A DNA stretch of 64,000 bases from Acidimicrobiia bacterium (GTDB lineage Bacteria; Actinomycetota; Acidimicrobiia; Spongiisociales; UBA5794), in assembly GCA_029939995.1 (NCBI GenBank), contig JAOZRW010000005.1, forward strand, positions 8,730 to 72,729. The letters run 5' to 3'. Shown one piece after another: positions 63,757 through 64,000 of the stretch. The notes under the pieces were generated by a model. It did no database searches. It was not told where the DNA came from and saw only the letters and a list, made by a program, of their open reading frames with translations. The stretch's first letter is position 1, and every line of letters starts with the position of its first letter. A program made the translations under genes and the position numbers.

Positions 63757-64000
63757 CGCCATCATCGCCATCGTCGTGTCGATCCTGGCGGCTGCGTGCG
63801 CGAAGAGCGACAGCGCGCCGACCGGCCCCATCGTCACCGTCTTCGGCGGCTACCGGGGCGTCGAGGCGCAACGCTTCGCCGCGTCGCTCGTCCCGTTCGA
63901 GGAAGAGACGGGGATCGACGTTCGCTACGTAGGGACCGGCTCGTTCGCCAAGGCGATCGAGGAACGCATCGCGAACGCCGACTATCCGGACGTCGCCATG
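63737..64000 (+). CDS. ABC transporter extracellular solute-binding lipoprotein (5' part; continues beyond the window)
   Basis: MRLRRASAIIAIVVSILAAACAKSD lipobox signal; ...VTVFGGYRGVEAQRFAASLVPFEEETGIDVRYVG... resembles family-1 SBPs; overlaps the DUF389 3' end by 20 nt. Confidence 0.55.
   Translation, partial: MRLRRASAIIAIVVSILAAACAKSDSAPTGPIVTVFGGYRGVEAQRFAASLVPFEEETGIDVRYVGTGSFAKAIEERIANADYPDVAM

Overview
Very high-GC (about 68-70%) bacterial chromosome segment with actinobacterial hallmarks: DivIVA, a SARP regulator, an F420-type luciferase-like oxidoreductase and the 1,600-aa NAD-glutamate dehydrogenase. About 65 genes are supportable.

Main content, in order:
- A complete, translationally coupled System I cytochrome c maturation cluster (ccmABCDEFH, a ccmI-like gene and ccmG) on the minus strand. 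It is preceded by a secreted M23 peptidase fused to an LVIVD beta-propeller, a GH13 sucrose-phosphorylase-family enzyme and pepN. A divergent thioredoxin with an (HD)n tail lies on the other side.
- Directly beyond, a tldD-pmbA-DUF2007 operon, then a NapC/NrfH-type tetraheme cytochrome plus an octaheme (8 CxxCH) lipoprotein cytochrome.
- A four-gene operon of unknown function: class II glutamine amidotransferase (GATase), class III aminotransferase, kinase-like protein, C69/secernin-like Ntn peptidase.
- An ideR-feoA-feoB(split)-feoC iron uptake operon.
- panD, a glycerate kinase, a two-component system divergent from a lipoprotein-adaptor-MacB-type ABC efflux operon, an SDR, and a haloalkane dehalogenase (DhaA-like).
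- DivIVA, gdhB, a Bax inhibitor-1 homologue, uspA, an nfnAB-like pair, and a mono-heme cytochrome c.
- A 1,079-aa membrane-spanning SARP + STAND ATPase + BMP-domain one-component regulator.
- typA, azlCD and two further hydrolases.

Non-genic highlights: a family of about 120-bp palindromic repeat elements in three copies, two of them 100% identical, each carrying the 13-bp palindrome GAACCC(W)GGGTTC. Stop/start overlaps of the forms GTGA, ATGA and TGATG are pervasive (about 20 junctions). No rRNA, tRNA or CRISPR was seen.

All calls rest on reading the six-frame translations; no searches were run.
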